A stretch of 63,740 nt of DNA, filler included, from Octopus bimaculoides (GCF_001194135.2; 7 parts of 7 records of this genome joined end to end with filler, not necessarily neighbours in it), one strand, 5' to 3'; positions 12,237-25,960 are shown, numbered from the whole stretch's first letter. Program-made: numbers and translations. Notes: generated from the letters alone by a model not told the origin.

Positions 12237-12406
12237 AAAGAAGCAATAAGAAGAGTGCGACTGTTATCAAATGAACAATATTTCGACATTTCGTGTATCT
12301 TCCACAAGTTCAAGATTGAGATGATTATTTTGAACTTGTGGAAGACACACAAAATGTCGAAATATTGATCGTTCGATAACGGTCGCACTCTTCTTATTGT
12401 TTCTTT
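12237..12406. repeat. Long inverted repeat, 80-bp arms, 10-nt loop
   Basis: 12237-12316 versus the reverse complement of 12327-12406: 72/80 identical by manual alignment. Confidence 0.95.
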
Positions 12407-12420
12407 ACTTTCTGGAGACA

Positions 12421-13585
12421 CCTACCTGGAAAACTCTGAGGGCTGGATGTTAAAACTTGTCACAAATCAGGAAAACAAGAAAGTACCATACTCAGCAATA
12501 AAGCAAGCAAAGGAATATATAAGTGAATTCCAAATACAACAAATTCCAGAATTAGACGTACTAGAAACAAGCACAGAAAAATCTAAGCGTATGAAAACCC
12601 GTGCTAAAACTGCTGCCTCAGATATTCTTACTGATAAATGGCAACAAAAACCTCTCAATGGCAATAATGCCGATGTTGACAAAGCCCGTACCCATCAATG
12701 GTTAATGGCTTTTGGATTAAAATCAGAAACGGAAGGGTTTATAACAGCAGCCCAAGATCAATGCCTACCTACAAGAAACTACCAACATATTAAAGAACAG
12801 CAGCTGCTCAACATGTGTATGTCAACAACAAAATGAAACCATTGATCATGCTGTCTCCATGTGCAGTCTTCTTGTGCCTACAGAGTATCTCAACAGGCAT
12901 GATGGAGCTTCACAATATATTCACTGGGCAATTTGCAAAAACCTGGACCTGCCCCATGATAAAAACTGGTGGTAACACAAACCACCTCCAATGCTTGAAA
13001 AAGGATCACATCTCATTCCTCTGGAACTTTACCATTAAACTGATAGAAAGATAGATGCAAATATGCCAGACATTATATTAAAAGGCTTCAGACAAAAATC
13101 ATGCCTCCTCATTTATATGATCGTCCCAATCGATCTAAATGTATATGTCAAGACCTACCAAAAACTGAGCAAATATAAAGATCTTGAAATAGAAATTGGC
13201 AAAATGTGGAACCTGAAGACTAAAACAATACATGTTGTCATAGGTGCCCTAGGAATGATAGCAAAAGGGGCTGATTACTACCTAGCTCAGATACCAGGAA
13301 ACCCCAAAATGGCAGAAATTCAAAAGATAGTGCTCATGGAAACTGCCCATATCCTACGTAAAATACTGTCAATGTAATCTCAAATCTTAAAATAAATTCA
13401 TAATTTTCTTATGTTTTCTGAAACATTCTCTAGAACAATACAATGTACAAAACCAAATATGACACCCTAGGCATAACACCAACATGAACTTTTAACTTGT
13501 TGTCTCTCGAGGTCTCTGGGTGAGTCTTTGAGCCAACTTGTACAAATACAAAGCAAAAGTCAAACTTAGAAGAAGAAGAAGAAGA
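12421..13585 (+). mobile_element. 3' fragment of a second R4/Dong-type RLE LINE family
   Basis: QQKPLNG, THQWL..GLKSETEGFITAAQDQCLPTRNY, a frameshifted CCHC region (ETIDH), WNFTI..ANMPDIILK (RLE), KLSKYKDLEIEI..VVIGALG, ILRKILSM*. 3' UTR ends in (AGA)n. Confidence 0.9.
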
Positions 13586-13931
13586 NNNNNNNNNNNNNNN
13601 NNNNNNNNNNNNNNNNNNNNNNNNNNNNNNNNNNNNNNNNNNNNNNNNNNNNNNNNNNNNNNNNNNNNNNNNNNNNNNNNNNNNNNNNNNNNNNNNNNNN
13701 NNNNNNNNNNNNNNNNNNNNNNNNNNNNNNNNNNNNNNNNNNNNNNNNNNNNNNNNNNNNNNNNNNNNNNNNNNNNNNNNNNNNNNNNNNNNNNNNNNNN
13801 NNNNNNNNNNNNNNNNNNNNNNNNNNNNNNNNNNNNNNNNNNNNNNNNNNNNNNNNNNNNNNNNNNNNNNNNNNNNNNNNNNNNNNNNNNNNNNNNNNNN
13901 NNNNNNNNNNNNNNNNNNNNNNNNNNNNNNN

Positions 13932-14256
13932 NGTGTTGAGAGGAATTCTATGGGGTTTGAATAATTCACCTTTGGAAACATGGGTGTTTTGCTCAACATC
14001 CTTAAACGAACCTTATTCAGGGACCTTTTCAGCGGGATGGGCTACTCGACCTGAAGAAAATTCTAACTGGGCCCCACCTGCGAGGTCATGTGCTGTTTAT
14101 CTTGATATGAGATCACCATGTCGCGCACATATGGTTGTGATGCATGTGCCTGGTGTACCCTTATCAGACGGGTAGTCATGATGGGTATATTGGGCTTCGT
14201 ATATTTTACCCCTTGTGATGGCATGCACTGCTCTCTCACTCAATAATAATAATAAT
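13932..14256 (+). repeat. Unclassified retroposon 3' fragment (family X) with (TAA)n tail
   Basis: Homologous to 10491-10808 in the opposite orientation; ends ctctcactcaataataataataat. Confidence 0.75.
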
Positions 14257-14445
14257 TTTGGTACAAAGCCAGTAAGTTCGGTTGGGTACATCGACCTCAG
14301 TGCTCAACTGGTGCTTATTTTATCGACCCCAAAAAGAAGAAACGCAAAGTCGACCTCGGCGGAATTTGAACTCAGAATGCGAAGACGAGCGAAATACCGC
14401 TAAGCATTTTGCCCGGCTTCCTAACGATTCTGCCAGCTCACCAAC
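14257..14445 (-). mobile_element. Type A SINE
   Basis: gtcgacctcggcggaatttgaactcagaa..aaataccgctaagcattttgcccggc..ctaacgattctgccagctc. Confidence 0.85.
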
Positions 14446-14814
14446 TTATTAATAACAATAATCGCTTCTCTTGAGCCAACCTAAAAGTCAGGGCTTTAAA
14501 AGAAAATACTTTGGTATCCACTCAAACAAATGCAAGAAACAATTTGGATGGCGAAGTAAAGGCATGTGCTATTTCTGTGGAAATTTGTGTCAGTGGGGCG
14601 TTAACTGTCCTGCGTGACAGGCCGGCCCTCTTTTAATTGTGTTATTTTGAAAACGTGTATCAATCAAAGAAAGAAGGCGCCCTGTCCCCACCAATGCAAC
14701 ATTCCACTAAACTTTATAGGAGTTTTAATCACACTATGTATTCGCAAGAATACGGTTTCTGTTTTTCAGTGTGTCTGAGCATTTTTTTACCATTACTTAT
14801 ACAACCAGTGATAA

Positions 14815-14890
14815 GCGATGATGTGGCTGTGTGGTAAGAAGCTTGCTTCCCAACCACATGATTCCTGGCAAGTGTCTTCATTTATAGCTA
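14815..14890 (+). mobile_element. Truncated type B SINE head
   Basis: gtggctgtgtggtaagaagcttgcttcccaaccacatgattcc, internally deleted and immediately followed by a type D SINE. Confidence 0.7.
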
Positions 14891-15281
14891 GGGAGGCGCA
14901 ATGGCCCAGTGGTTAGGACAGCGGACACGCGGTCATAGGATCGCAGTTTCGATTCCCAGACCAGACGTTGTGAGTGTTTATTGAGCGAAAACACCTAAAG
15001 CTCCACGAGGCTCCAGCAGGGGTGGGGTGGCGAACCCTGCTATATTCTTTCACCACAACTTTCTCTCACTCTTTCTTCCTGTTTCTGTTGTACCTGTATT
15101 TCAAAGGGCCAGCCTTGTCAAACTGTGTCACGCTGAATATCCCCGAGAACTACGTTATGGGTACACGTGTCTGTGGAGTGCTCAGCCACTTGCACGTTAA
15201 TTTCACGAGCAGGCTGTTCCGTTGATCGGATCAACTGGAACCCTCGACGTCGTAAGCGACGGAGTGCCAACAACAACAATA
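14891..15281 (+). mobile_element. Type D SINE, full length
   Basis: A/B boxes (TGGCCCAGTGGTTAGG, GTTTCGATTCCC), full body and (CAA)n tail. Confidence 0.9.
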
Positions 15282-15426
15282 TATACTACCAGTTAATGAT
15301 TGGTTTGATCGTGCTACAGAAAGAAGAAAAACTTTTAGCTAAATTTTAAGCAGCTTTGATCGACTCGAGATGCAGCCAATCTTAAACAGACGAACGTATA
15401 AAAAAAAAGTCGATATTTTTTTCCAG

Positions 15427-15996
15427 ATGAAAAAAATAATGGGAAAATGTCAAAACTGTTGAAAGTCGTAGAAATACACAATAGTTGCTCTATTACCATA
15501 AAACCCAAAGACAAGCTATTCTGTCATCAAATTGCAGGTCCTTCTTCATTGCACGGAATCAATTATGCATGGAAGAGATTTTATGTGGAGATGTTCAAAA
15601 GTGCTGATTCGTGTTGAATATGCCTAATGGAAGTCATTAACGGAGCCTGTAGAATTAATTGAAGCAAACACCAAGTATGACTTAGTTCACAAAGCCAGTG
15701 GATACGAAACTACAGATTCGCTTCTTGCACCAAGCAATGCAGATAAGGTCGTAACAACAATGGAAATAATAGTCTGCAAACAATCAAATTTCAGATGATA
15801 TCGAAATTCGAGGTGACCGTAATCTCGTTTTATTGAACCTGCTAATGATGTTACACTAGATTTTAATCCTAAAATTAAAGGCCTAAACATTCCAACCGGT
15901 ACAACTGATATCCATGCAACAAGGGCGATAAAGGTTCCATCAAACCAATTATATGACAATACAGACCAATTAAGCGAACTTCTAGCAGTGACATGA
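15427..15996 (+). other. Unassigned coding-like segment (possible decayed exon or retrocopy)
   Basis: Non-repetitive. Preceded by ttttttccag, long open stretches joined by a few stops and frameshifts, downstream AATAAA near 16165. No family recognised. Confidence 0.25.
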
Positions 15997-16619
15997 AAGG
16001 TGCAGAGTTTCTTAAATCAGAGTAGATTGTAATATGATCCCCATTAAACATTAAGTATAGTATTAGAGACTTTTCTTTAACTTATTATTTTGTATTGCAT
16101 GTTATAAAACTGTTTTGTTTATATTAGTATTCTGTTTAGAATCCAATACTCATCATTTTGCGAATAAAGTTGGATGATTGACTGTTTGATATTGAACGTC
16201 AAATAAGTTTTATTTGCTTGTCGTATTATTTTCACGTAAGTATAAGATAGTCCGATATATTTTGTCAGAAAAAGAGGTAGAGGAACAGTGAAATTATTAC
16301 TAGAAATTGGTGTAAATGGTGCAATATTTATTCTGACCTATCCAGCTTATTAAGTAAGATAGGGAGCGCTAAAAGTGTCTTTACTCCCAAACACGGAAAG
16401 GCATTGCTACATCATGTGTTGACCCTTGAGGGCAGCTCTAGCCAAGCTGATCTACTATGAAAGTCATCCAGCACTGACAACGACTTTGATTGTAGACCTA
16501 CTTGATTGGGACTAACCAAGGAATGAACAAGTGTCATAGCAACATTTTCCTCTGTCTGAAGGCAAAGACACTTTTAATGCTCCTTTCTGTAATTAATTGG
16601 CAGGATAGCTCAGAATATT

Positions 16620-16795
16620 GATTTCAAATTTTGACATAAGGTCAGCAATTTCAGGGGAAGGGACCAGTCGATTACATCGACCCCAGTGATTCACTGGTAC
16701 TTAATTTATCGACCCCGAAAGGATGGAAAACAAAGTCGACCTCGGCAGAATTTGAACTCAGGACGTAAAATAACGATTCTGCCAGCTCGCTGCCT
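16620..16795 (-). mobile_element. Type A SINE, internally deleted
   Basis: Type A body and B-box complement (gaatttgaactc), with the middle of the head missing. Confidence 0.8.
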
Positions 16796-17054
16796 AGGCT
16801 AGAATTAACGCTGCGTTCTCCACAGAAGTGCCTGGAAGTGAATTCCCTACTCACCCACACGTTTCTGGGCTGAACAACAATAACATCTCATCCAGCTGCT
16901 ACCCATCTTAAATCTTCAATAAACTGAAATAATCGATCTTTTAATTAGTAAATTTGATTAATTGATTAAAATATTTTATTTAAGTAATATTTTAATAACT
17001 GGAAACAGTCACTCAGAAATTATAAGTTTATAATTAATACATTGAGTTAGAAAC

Positions 17055-17185
17055 ATCAATGTTCTGAGTTCAAATCCTTTTGAGGTCCATTTTACTTTTC
17101 ATCCTCCAGGACTCAATAAAACAAAATACCTGCTGTGTATAGGTATTGATACAATCGACTCTTTCTCCTCGCCCAAAAAATCAAT
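17055..17185 (+). mobile_element. Degenerate type A SINE fragment
   Basis: gttctgagttcaaatcc..gaggtccattttacttttcatcct. Confidence 0.6.
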
Positions 17186-17492
17186 AGCATTGTTCACTCG
17201 TTAATGGATGCTTCAAAACTGCTGATCAGTAAAAACTGAACTAACTCCATTTATCTGTGTATGTATGTGTATATAAACATATATATATGGGGGGGGATGT
17301 AGGAAAAAACTTACTTGGAAAAGGATGCGTGGCGTTTGATCATATAATAATATAAATAATATATAAATATATTGCATATATCCATACATATATGTACATA
17401 CCTTCATCCATATGTATACATACATGCAAAAAATACGTTAAACACAATGAGAAACGAAAACATAAAAACGAAAACAGAAAACGAACACACAC

Positions 17493-17530
<38 letters not shown>

Positions 17531-18066
17531 ACACTCACACACACACACTCACAAACACACACGCACATATATGTATATATGTATGTATATGTGCATATAT
17601 ATATGCACAAATATATATGTATATANNNNNNNNNNNNNNNNNNNNNNNNNNNNNNNNNNNNNNNNNNNNNNNNNNNNNNNNNNNNNNNNNNNNNNNNNNN
17701 NNNNNNNNNNNNNNNNNNNNNNNNNNNNNNNNNNNNNNNNNNNNNNNNNNNNNNNNNNNNNNNNNNNNNNNNNNNNNNNNNNNNNNNNNNNNNNNNNNNN
17801 NNNNNNNNNNNNNNNNNNNNNNNNNNNNNNNNNNNNNNNNNNNNNNNNNNNNNNNNNNNNNNNNNNNNNNNNNNNNNNNNNNNNNNNNNNNNNNNNNNNN
17901 NNNNNNNNNNNNNNNNNNNNNNNNNNNNNNNNNNNNNNNNNNNNNNNNNNNNNNNNNNNNNNNNNNNNNNNNNNNNNNNNNNNNNNNNNNNNNNNNNNNN
18001 NNNNNNNNNNNNNNNNNNNNNNNNNNNNNNNNNNNNNNNNNNNNGGGGGGGGGGGCTTTACTCTTT

Positions 18067-18984
18067 ATATATATGTATGTCGAAAAGTCTTCGGACCTGT
18101 CCTGTAGCGAAATAACAGAAGGCAGCACACGGTTGTGTGCACAGTGAAAGCAAGCAGTCATCTTCATGAAGCAGTGTGCCAAGTGACATCGATGTGTTTA
18201 CTTCGCAAGTTGTGAAATTGGTGTTATTGCGATCACTTGTATACTATAGTCTCTGATTTTGTCATGTACTGAAACAAAGATCCAACGTGAAATTTCGCGT
18301 TAAACTTGGGAAGTCTGCTACAGAGACATTGAGTATGCTTCCTCAAGCTTACGGCGACGAGGCAATGAGTTGTACACAATGTTTCGAGAGTCACGGGCGC
18401 TTCGAAAGCGGAATAACGACTCTGGAAGACGATGAGCCATCTGGAAGACCTGCCACGTCCATCATACCCGGAAATGGGATATTGTGCATCGAGAGTTTGT
18501 TCCCTAGGACCAGAGTGTCAATCGAGAGTTCTACTGCAAAGTTTTTAAGCGTCTGAGGGAGGATATTCGGTGAAAGAGACCGGATCTGTGGAACGCCAAG
18601 TATTGGATTCTTCACGACGAAAATGTACCATCACCGAGCTTTCCTCACACGTGAGTTGCTCGCTAAAAACAACATGGTAAGGCTTCCGCACACCTCTATT
18701 CGCCAGATTTAGCACTCTCGGCTTTCTGTCGCTTCCTCAAGATGAAATTGCAGCTCAAAGGTCACTGTTTTATCACTGTTGTCATAATCCAGAGCACATC
18801 GTAGGAAGTCCTCGACTCGCTTACGGAAAACGACTTCCAGGCCGGAAACTAAAAGTGGCAGGAACGCTGGGATCGGGGGTATTGCTGCGCAAGGTGACTA
18901 TTTCGAAGCAGAGAATGTTAAAACTTAGATAAGTTATGTTTTATTAAACATAACTAGTCCGGGAACTTTTTGATACCACCTCAT
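18067..18984 (+). mobile_element. Internally deleted mariner (DD34D-type) element
   Basis: KFRVKLGKSATET..EDDEPSGRPATS (N-terminal HTH), LREDIR*KRPDLW..WILHDEN and YSPDLA motifs. Right TIR agtccgggaactttttgataccacctc; left TIR only weakly preserved near 18070-18097. Confidence 0.85.
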
Positions 18985-19040
18985 GTGTGTGTGCGTGTGT
19001 GTGTGTGTGTCTGTCTGTGTTTGTGTGTTTGTGTGTGTGC

Positions 19041-19093
<53 letters not shown>

Positions 19094-19984
19094 TGTGTGT
19101 GTGTGTGTGTAAGCACATATAAAGATGTAACTATACATTTTATATAGCGACAAAGACAGAAAGACATCCATTTAGAAATGCATGTACAGAGAGAGATTGA
19201 AGGAGAGAGATAGGTAGACATACATGCATATATACATATATACCCATAATGGTGTTATATAATATATACATATATAAATATATATACTGTATTTTTACGT
19301 ATACAGTACATACATACATACATACATGCTTACATAGACACACATGCGTCACAGTACATTATTACTTGAACCGATATTACTCCACAAGCTCAATGGTATA
19401 ATAGTTGTACTTCTCATATANNNNNNNNNNNNNNNNNNNNNNNNNNNNNNNNNNNNNNNNTATTCCCCTCTATCTATCTGCGAATATATCTGCCACTTTC
19501 TTTTGAAGAAGTTTCTATTGTTATCGTGACTGTTAGGAGAACGAAAAATTAAAATCAATATTTTAATCGTCTTGTCAAATGTGGAGAACTTCAATGCCCG
19601 AAGGAATTACTGGTTAAAATGAAACTGGAAAAAATAGTTTTATTATTCATAATGACATTCATTTGGTTGGTTTGAGAGAGATAGATTGCTTGTAAGAGAT
19701 CTGATGCTGTAAAAGTTCGATTTGGCCGTTTTGAAAAGAAGTCAGACATCTGTGAAAAAAGTCGAAGAGTTTTGCACAATTGTATAATACAGATACAGAC
19801 AGATACAGACATATACACGCACTCTCATAGATCTTCTCTCACACTCATACACACACACACAAATGCATATGTTTCTGTATACATATACATATATATATGA
19901 ATATATATTATATTTATACATATATTTTCCTGCAGTCAGTCGTCTGTTCATGGCTTTGGCATGACTTGATAAGCTTTCTCCATA

Positions 19985-20387
19985 CTGGTCGGCTTTTCGC
20001 TTGAGTTTGCCATTTATTGAGATCAATTCCTTTCTACTTCATATTCCTTTATGCAGTATCTTTGAATCTCTGTCTAGATCTTCCATGGTTTCTTTTTCTC
20101 CTTACATAGTTGGAAATAAAGGAGTTGTCTGGGGAGACTGCTGTTAATTCATCCTCTGTACGTGTCCCAACCAACGTGAATTTCTATCAATGAAGATTAC
20201 GATCATAGAAGGCAGACCAGCATGCTGGAATGTCGCTTACTTCCTGATCTTGTGAAACAGAATAACATTCATTAGTGGTAGCTGTATCCATGTAACATTC
20301 TATTTGGGCTTTATAGAATATCCAGGTTTCAACTCCATACAGCAGAGACGAAAGCACTGCACTATAGCCTGGTATACCTTACATTTT
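19985..20387 (-). mobile_element. RTE-clade LINE fragment (region downstream of RT)
   Basis: Minus strand gives KVYQAIV..LLYGVETW and RWLGHVQRM..PRQLLY, typical RTE C-terminal motifs; heavily degenerate. Confidence 0.75.
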
Positions 20388-20661
20388 GTTGTTGTTGGCA
20401 CTCCGTTGCTTACGACGTCGAGGGTTCCAGTTGATCTGATCAACGGAACAGCCTGCTCGTGAAATTAACGTGCAAGTGGCTGAGCACTCCACAGACACGA
20501 GTACCCTTAACGTAGTTCTCGAAGATATTCAGCGTGACACAGTGTGACAAGGCTGACCCTTTGAATTACAGGCACAACAGAAACAGGAAGAAAGAGAAAG
20601 TTGTGGTGGAAGAGTACAGCAGGGTTCGCCACCATCCCCTGCCGGAGCTTCGTGGAGGTTC
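20388..20661 (-). mobile_element. Type D SINE (head lost in gap) abutting the RTE fragment
   Basis: (CAA)n tail and body homologous to 8176-8563. Confidence 0.88.
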
Positions 20662-21353
20662 NNNNNNNNNNNNNNNNNNNNNNNNNNNNNNNNNNNNNNN
20701 NNNNNNNNNNNNNNNNNNNNNNNNNNNNNNNNNNNNNNNNNNNNNNNNNNNNNNNNNNNNNNNNNNNNNNNNNNNNNNNNNNNNNNNNNNNNNNNNNNNN
20801 NNNNNNNNNNNNNNNNNNNNNNNNNNNNNNNNNNNNNNNNNNNNNNNNNNNNNNNNNNNNNNNNNNNNNNNNNNNNNNNNNNNNNNNNNNNNNNNNNNNN
20901 NNNNNNNNNNNNNNNNNNNNNNNNNNNNNNNNNNNNNNNNNNNNNNNNNNNNNNNNNNNNNNNNNNNNNNNNNNNNNNNNNNNNNNNNNNNNNNNNNNNN
21001 NNNNNNNNNNNNNNNNNNNNNNNNNNNNNNNNNNNNNNNNNNNNNNNNNNNNNNNNNNNNNNNNNNNNNNNNNNNNNNNNNNNNNNNNNNNNNNNNNNNN
21101 NNNNNNNNNNNNNNNNNNNNNNNNNNNNNNNNNNNNNNNNNNNNNNNNNNNNNNNNNNNNNNNNNNNNNNNNNNNNNNNNNNNNNNNNNNNNNNNNNNNN
21201 NNNNNNNNNNNNNNNNNNNNNNNNNNNNNNNNNNNNNNNNNNNNNNNNNNNNNNNNNNNNNNNNNNNNNNNNNNNNNNNNNNNNNNNNNNNNNNNNNNNN
21301 NNNNNNNNNNNNNNNNNNNNNNNNNNNNNNNNNNNNNNNNNNNNNNNNNNNNN

Positions 21354-21960
21354 NTATATATGCATATGTGAGCACAGGACGTCACGAAACGTGTACAACT
21401 AAAATTACGAAGCACGAGTACTTGAAACATGAACTATCCTTTCGAACAACGAAAGACGAATGGAAAACAAAACAAACAACATAAAGAGCGACCCTTCATC
21501 AGTTGTTGGCTGTTTTTCTAGTCTCATATTTGGAGCATTAAACAACAATATACGCTTTCTATAAAACAGTTGCTCCAGCAAAGCAAATTAAATAAAATTT
21601 GGGTTCTTACGGAGGGTCAAAATTGGTAGCAAAAACAGGACAGTGAAATCAAACAGGAAGGGGTGTTAAGCCTAAACGAGGTTGTGGTGGTGAACGAGTA
21701 AATCAAGCTTGGACAGGAGACAAACAAGAACGCGTCTTTCTTGTTCCAGCTACAAATAAAAGAAAGAAACATAAGTTAGGAGAAGAAAGAAAGATGGCCG
21801 ATGGTCACTTGGGAGCCACGTGACCATGGGAAGAGGAGTCTGGGAGTGTGACTGACAGAGTAATAGGATAGAATATTGAGAGAAGAGGGAGTAAAATAAT
21901 AAGAGAGAGAACGAGAGAAAAACGAAAGAGTAAAAAGATCGTATAGAGTGTGCATCAGAA
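21354..21960 (-). repeat. Unclassified interspersed repeat (family Y)
   Basis: 21370-21520 is the reverse complement of 26190-26345 (aaaacagcc.acaactgatgaagggtcg). Confidence 0.6.
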
Positions 21961-21961
21961 T

Positions 21962-22025
<64 letters not shown>

Positions 22026-22125
22026 NNNNNNNNNNNNNNNNNNNNNNNNNNNNNNNNNNNNNNNNNNNNTTAATTAATTAANNNNNNNNNNNNNNNNNNN
22101 NNNNNNNNNNNNNNNNNNNNNNNNN

Positions 22126-23615
<1,490 letters not shown>

Positions 23616-23625
23616 NNNNNNNNNN

Positions 23626-23680
23626 GGGTTGACCAAAGCACTGTGAGAGGATTTGTTTGACGGAAACTGAAAGGAGTCCG

Positions 23681-23719
<39 letters not shown>

Positions 23720-23950
23720 TGTGTGTGTGTGTGTGTGTGAGTCTTTGTGTTTGTGTTTGTCTCCCATCACCGCGTTTCAGCCGGTGCTGGTGTGTTTACG
23801 TCCACGTAACTTAGCGGTTCGACAAAAAATCTCCGATAGAATAACTATGAAACTTAGAAAATAAGTCTTGGGTCCGATTTGTTTGACTAAAGCCCTTTAG
23901 GGCGGTGCTCCAGTATGGCCGCAGTCAAATGAAGTAAAAGTGAAAAAGAA
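23626..23950 (+). mobile_element. Type B SINE lacking head (gap)
   Basis: gaccaaagc..gacggaaactgaaag, internal (GT)n, 3' half ggtgtgtttacgtc..ggcggtgctccagtatggccgcagtc. Confidence 0.85.
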
Positions 23951-24096
23951 TTTATATATATCACTTGCACCGAAAAGACACTGGAATGGTTCGCATACTT
24001 ACTCAGAATGATCTCTTTAATGGAAGCAGCAATCACACATTAGTAATCTCTAGCATATCAAAACGATTAATATCAAAATCCTATCATCAAATGCGG

Positions 24097-24300
24097 CCAT
24101 CTGGCAGAATTTAGCACGCCGGGCAAAATGTATAGCGGCATTTCGTCCGTCTTTACGTTCTGAGTTCAAATTCCGCCGGAGTCAACTTTGGCTTTCATCG
24201 TTTCGGGTTGATAAAATAAGAGCCATTTGAGCACCAGCGTCGATGTAATCGACTTATACCCCCTCCCAAATCTCTGGCCTGGTGTCAAAATTTGAAATCA
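24097..24300 (+). mobile_element. Type A SINE
   Basis: ctggcagaatttagcacgccgggc..gagttcaaattccgccggagtcaactttgg. Confidence 0.85.
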
Positions 24301-24349
24301 ATATCAAAATCCCCATCGTCCAAATCCCAAATGATCGTCTAATAGTAGA

Positions 24350-25185
24350 AGCACAGACATGGCTGTGTACGTGATTCCAAGTTCAGTCCCACTGCGAAGC
24401 AGCTTGGGCGTCTTCTATTATAGCCCAGGACCGACAAATGCCTTGTCACTGAATTTAGTTGACGGAAACTGAGAAAGCCTTCCCGTATACCAGGGGTCAC
24501 CAAACTTTTTTTCACGGCGGGCCAGATAACTGAGAGAATGACGAGCGCGGGCCGCATAACCATTTAGTCCAATACAATAGTGAGTATACAAAAAATAAAG
24601 ACAACCAACATATTTATTTATCAAAATGTTATCAAAGAAGGTGACGTTTAGCTATTAGATAGTTATATCACACCCAGTACGCACATATCCGAATCGCACA
24701 GACTAAGCAGCAAAAAAGGTTAGTGAGATTTGTGAAATTGGTGTTTAAGATATTGTCAATATTTGCTTTGGAATTGCTGCATCCAACCAAGAGAATTGCT
24801 TTGAAATGGTCATCGATCTGCTGACTTCACATACTTCATTATTGAAAATATTTGCTCACAGACAAAAGTTGTTCCAAACACTGATGCCATACCAGAGGCA
24901 AATGAACTCTCATTGCAGGTACTTACACAAAAGATACAGTGCGGCGGTGAACTGCCCTCGCGGGCCGTAGTTTAGTGACCCCTGCCGTATACATATGTGT
25001 ATGTTTGTGTTTGTATTTGTCTCCCCACCACTTTGGCTTGTTTACGTCCCCGAACCCCAGCGGTTCAACAAAATAGGCCGATAGAGCAAATGCCAGACCG
25101 TAAATATAAGTACCTGGGTCGATGTGTTCAACTAAAACCCTTCAATGTGGTTCCCAGTCCAATGAGTACAACAAGTAAAAGTAAA
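24350..25185 (+). mobile_element. Type B SINE interrupted by a hAT MITE
   Basis: 5' half at 24350-24490 and 3' half at 24993-25185 match the two halves of type B. Confidence 0.8.
24491..24984. mobile_element. Non-autonomous hAT (Charlie-like) MITE, 494 bp
   Basis: 16-bp TIRs CAGGGGTCACCAAACT / CAGGGGTCACTAAACT (1 mismatch) and perfect 8-bp TSD CCGTATAC at 24483-24490 and 24985-24992. Confidence 0.93.
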
Positions 25186-25194
25186 AAATACAAG

Positions 25195-25960
25195 ATATTT
25201 GCCTGTCAAGGTAGATTCTTTATTAACAGTTTAAAAGTAGTTCTAAATTTGCATTTTCATTCACATGTGGAGGCAAAAAGGGACATTCGGAAGATTCTAT
25301 GATAGTATTTCACATAGATTGAACATTAGGATGTTCAGTCTATCTATCTATCTATCTAAAAAAAAAAGTATCGTTGTATGATATAAACATACTTTACATC
25401 TCATCTTTATTAACATTCCCAATCTAATTCTTTGTATATCATACCTCTCATGATAAGTTACATATGTCTTTCTACTATCTACCTCGCATAAACTTTTATA
25501 AATATATTTAAATTTAATTTTAAATATAATTATAGATATATTTTTCAAATGAATTTGATGTTTTAGCAGCATTTCAACGTTCAATATTAGCTAAATTTTA
25601 AACGATCAATTTCTAATCACATGATCTCTACGTCCTAATAATTTGTTGTTTACATTTGACAGTTCCTAAACATATTCCTCAAATAAGTTATTTCATAATT
25701 CAAGACAGGAAAGTATACTTACTTTTCCCTGAAGATATCCGCAATATAGTGTTTATTACATCTATAAAAGCTTCAATATTGATGATTCAATCATACTGTA
25801 GGATTGAAACATATGAAGGATTTTTTGGATATTTTCTGGTTGTTTTCTGGATGCGGTTCCTTTTATACTTGTTCTTATACGTATCTCTTTTAATTTGCAT
25901 CACTTTTCCATTGTGATACAAATAAAATGAACCCAGCATCTATTACATTTTTCTTTTCCA
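25195..25960 (-). mobile_element. Highly degenerate Penelope-like fragment
   Basis: Minus-strand remnants resemble the FNPxYS thumb motif and the GIY-YIG region (LCEVDSRKTYVTYHE..KRIRLG-like). Many stops. Confidence 0.4.
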
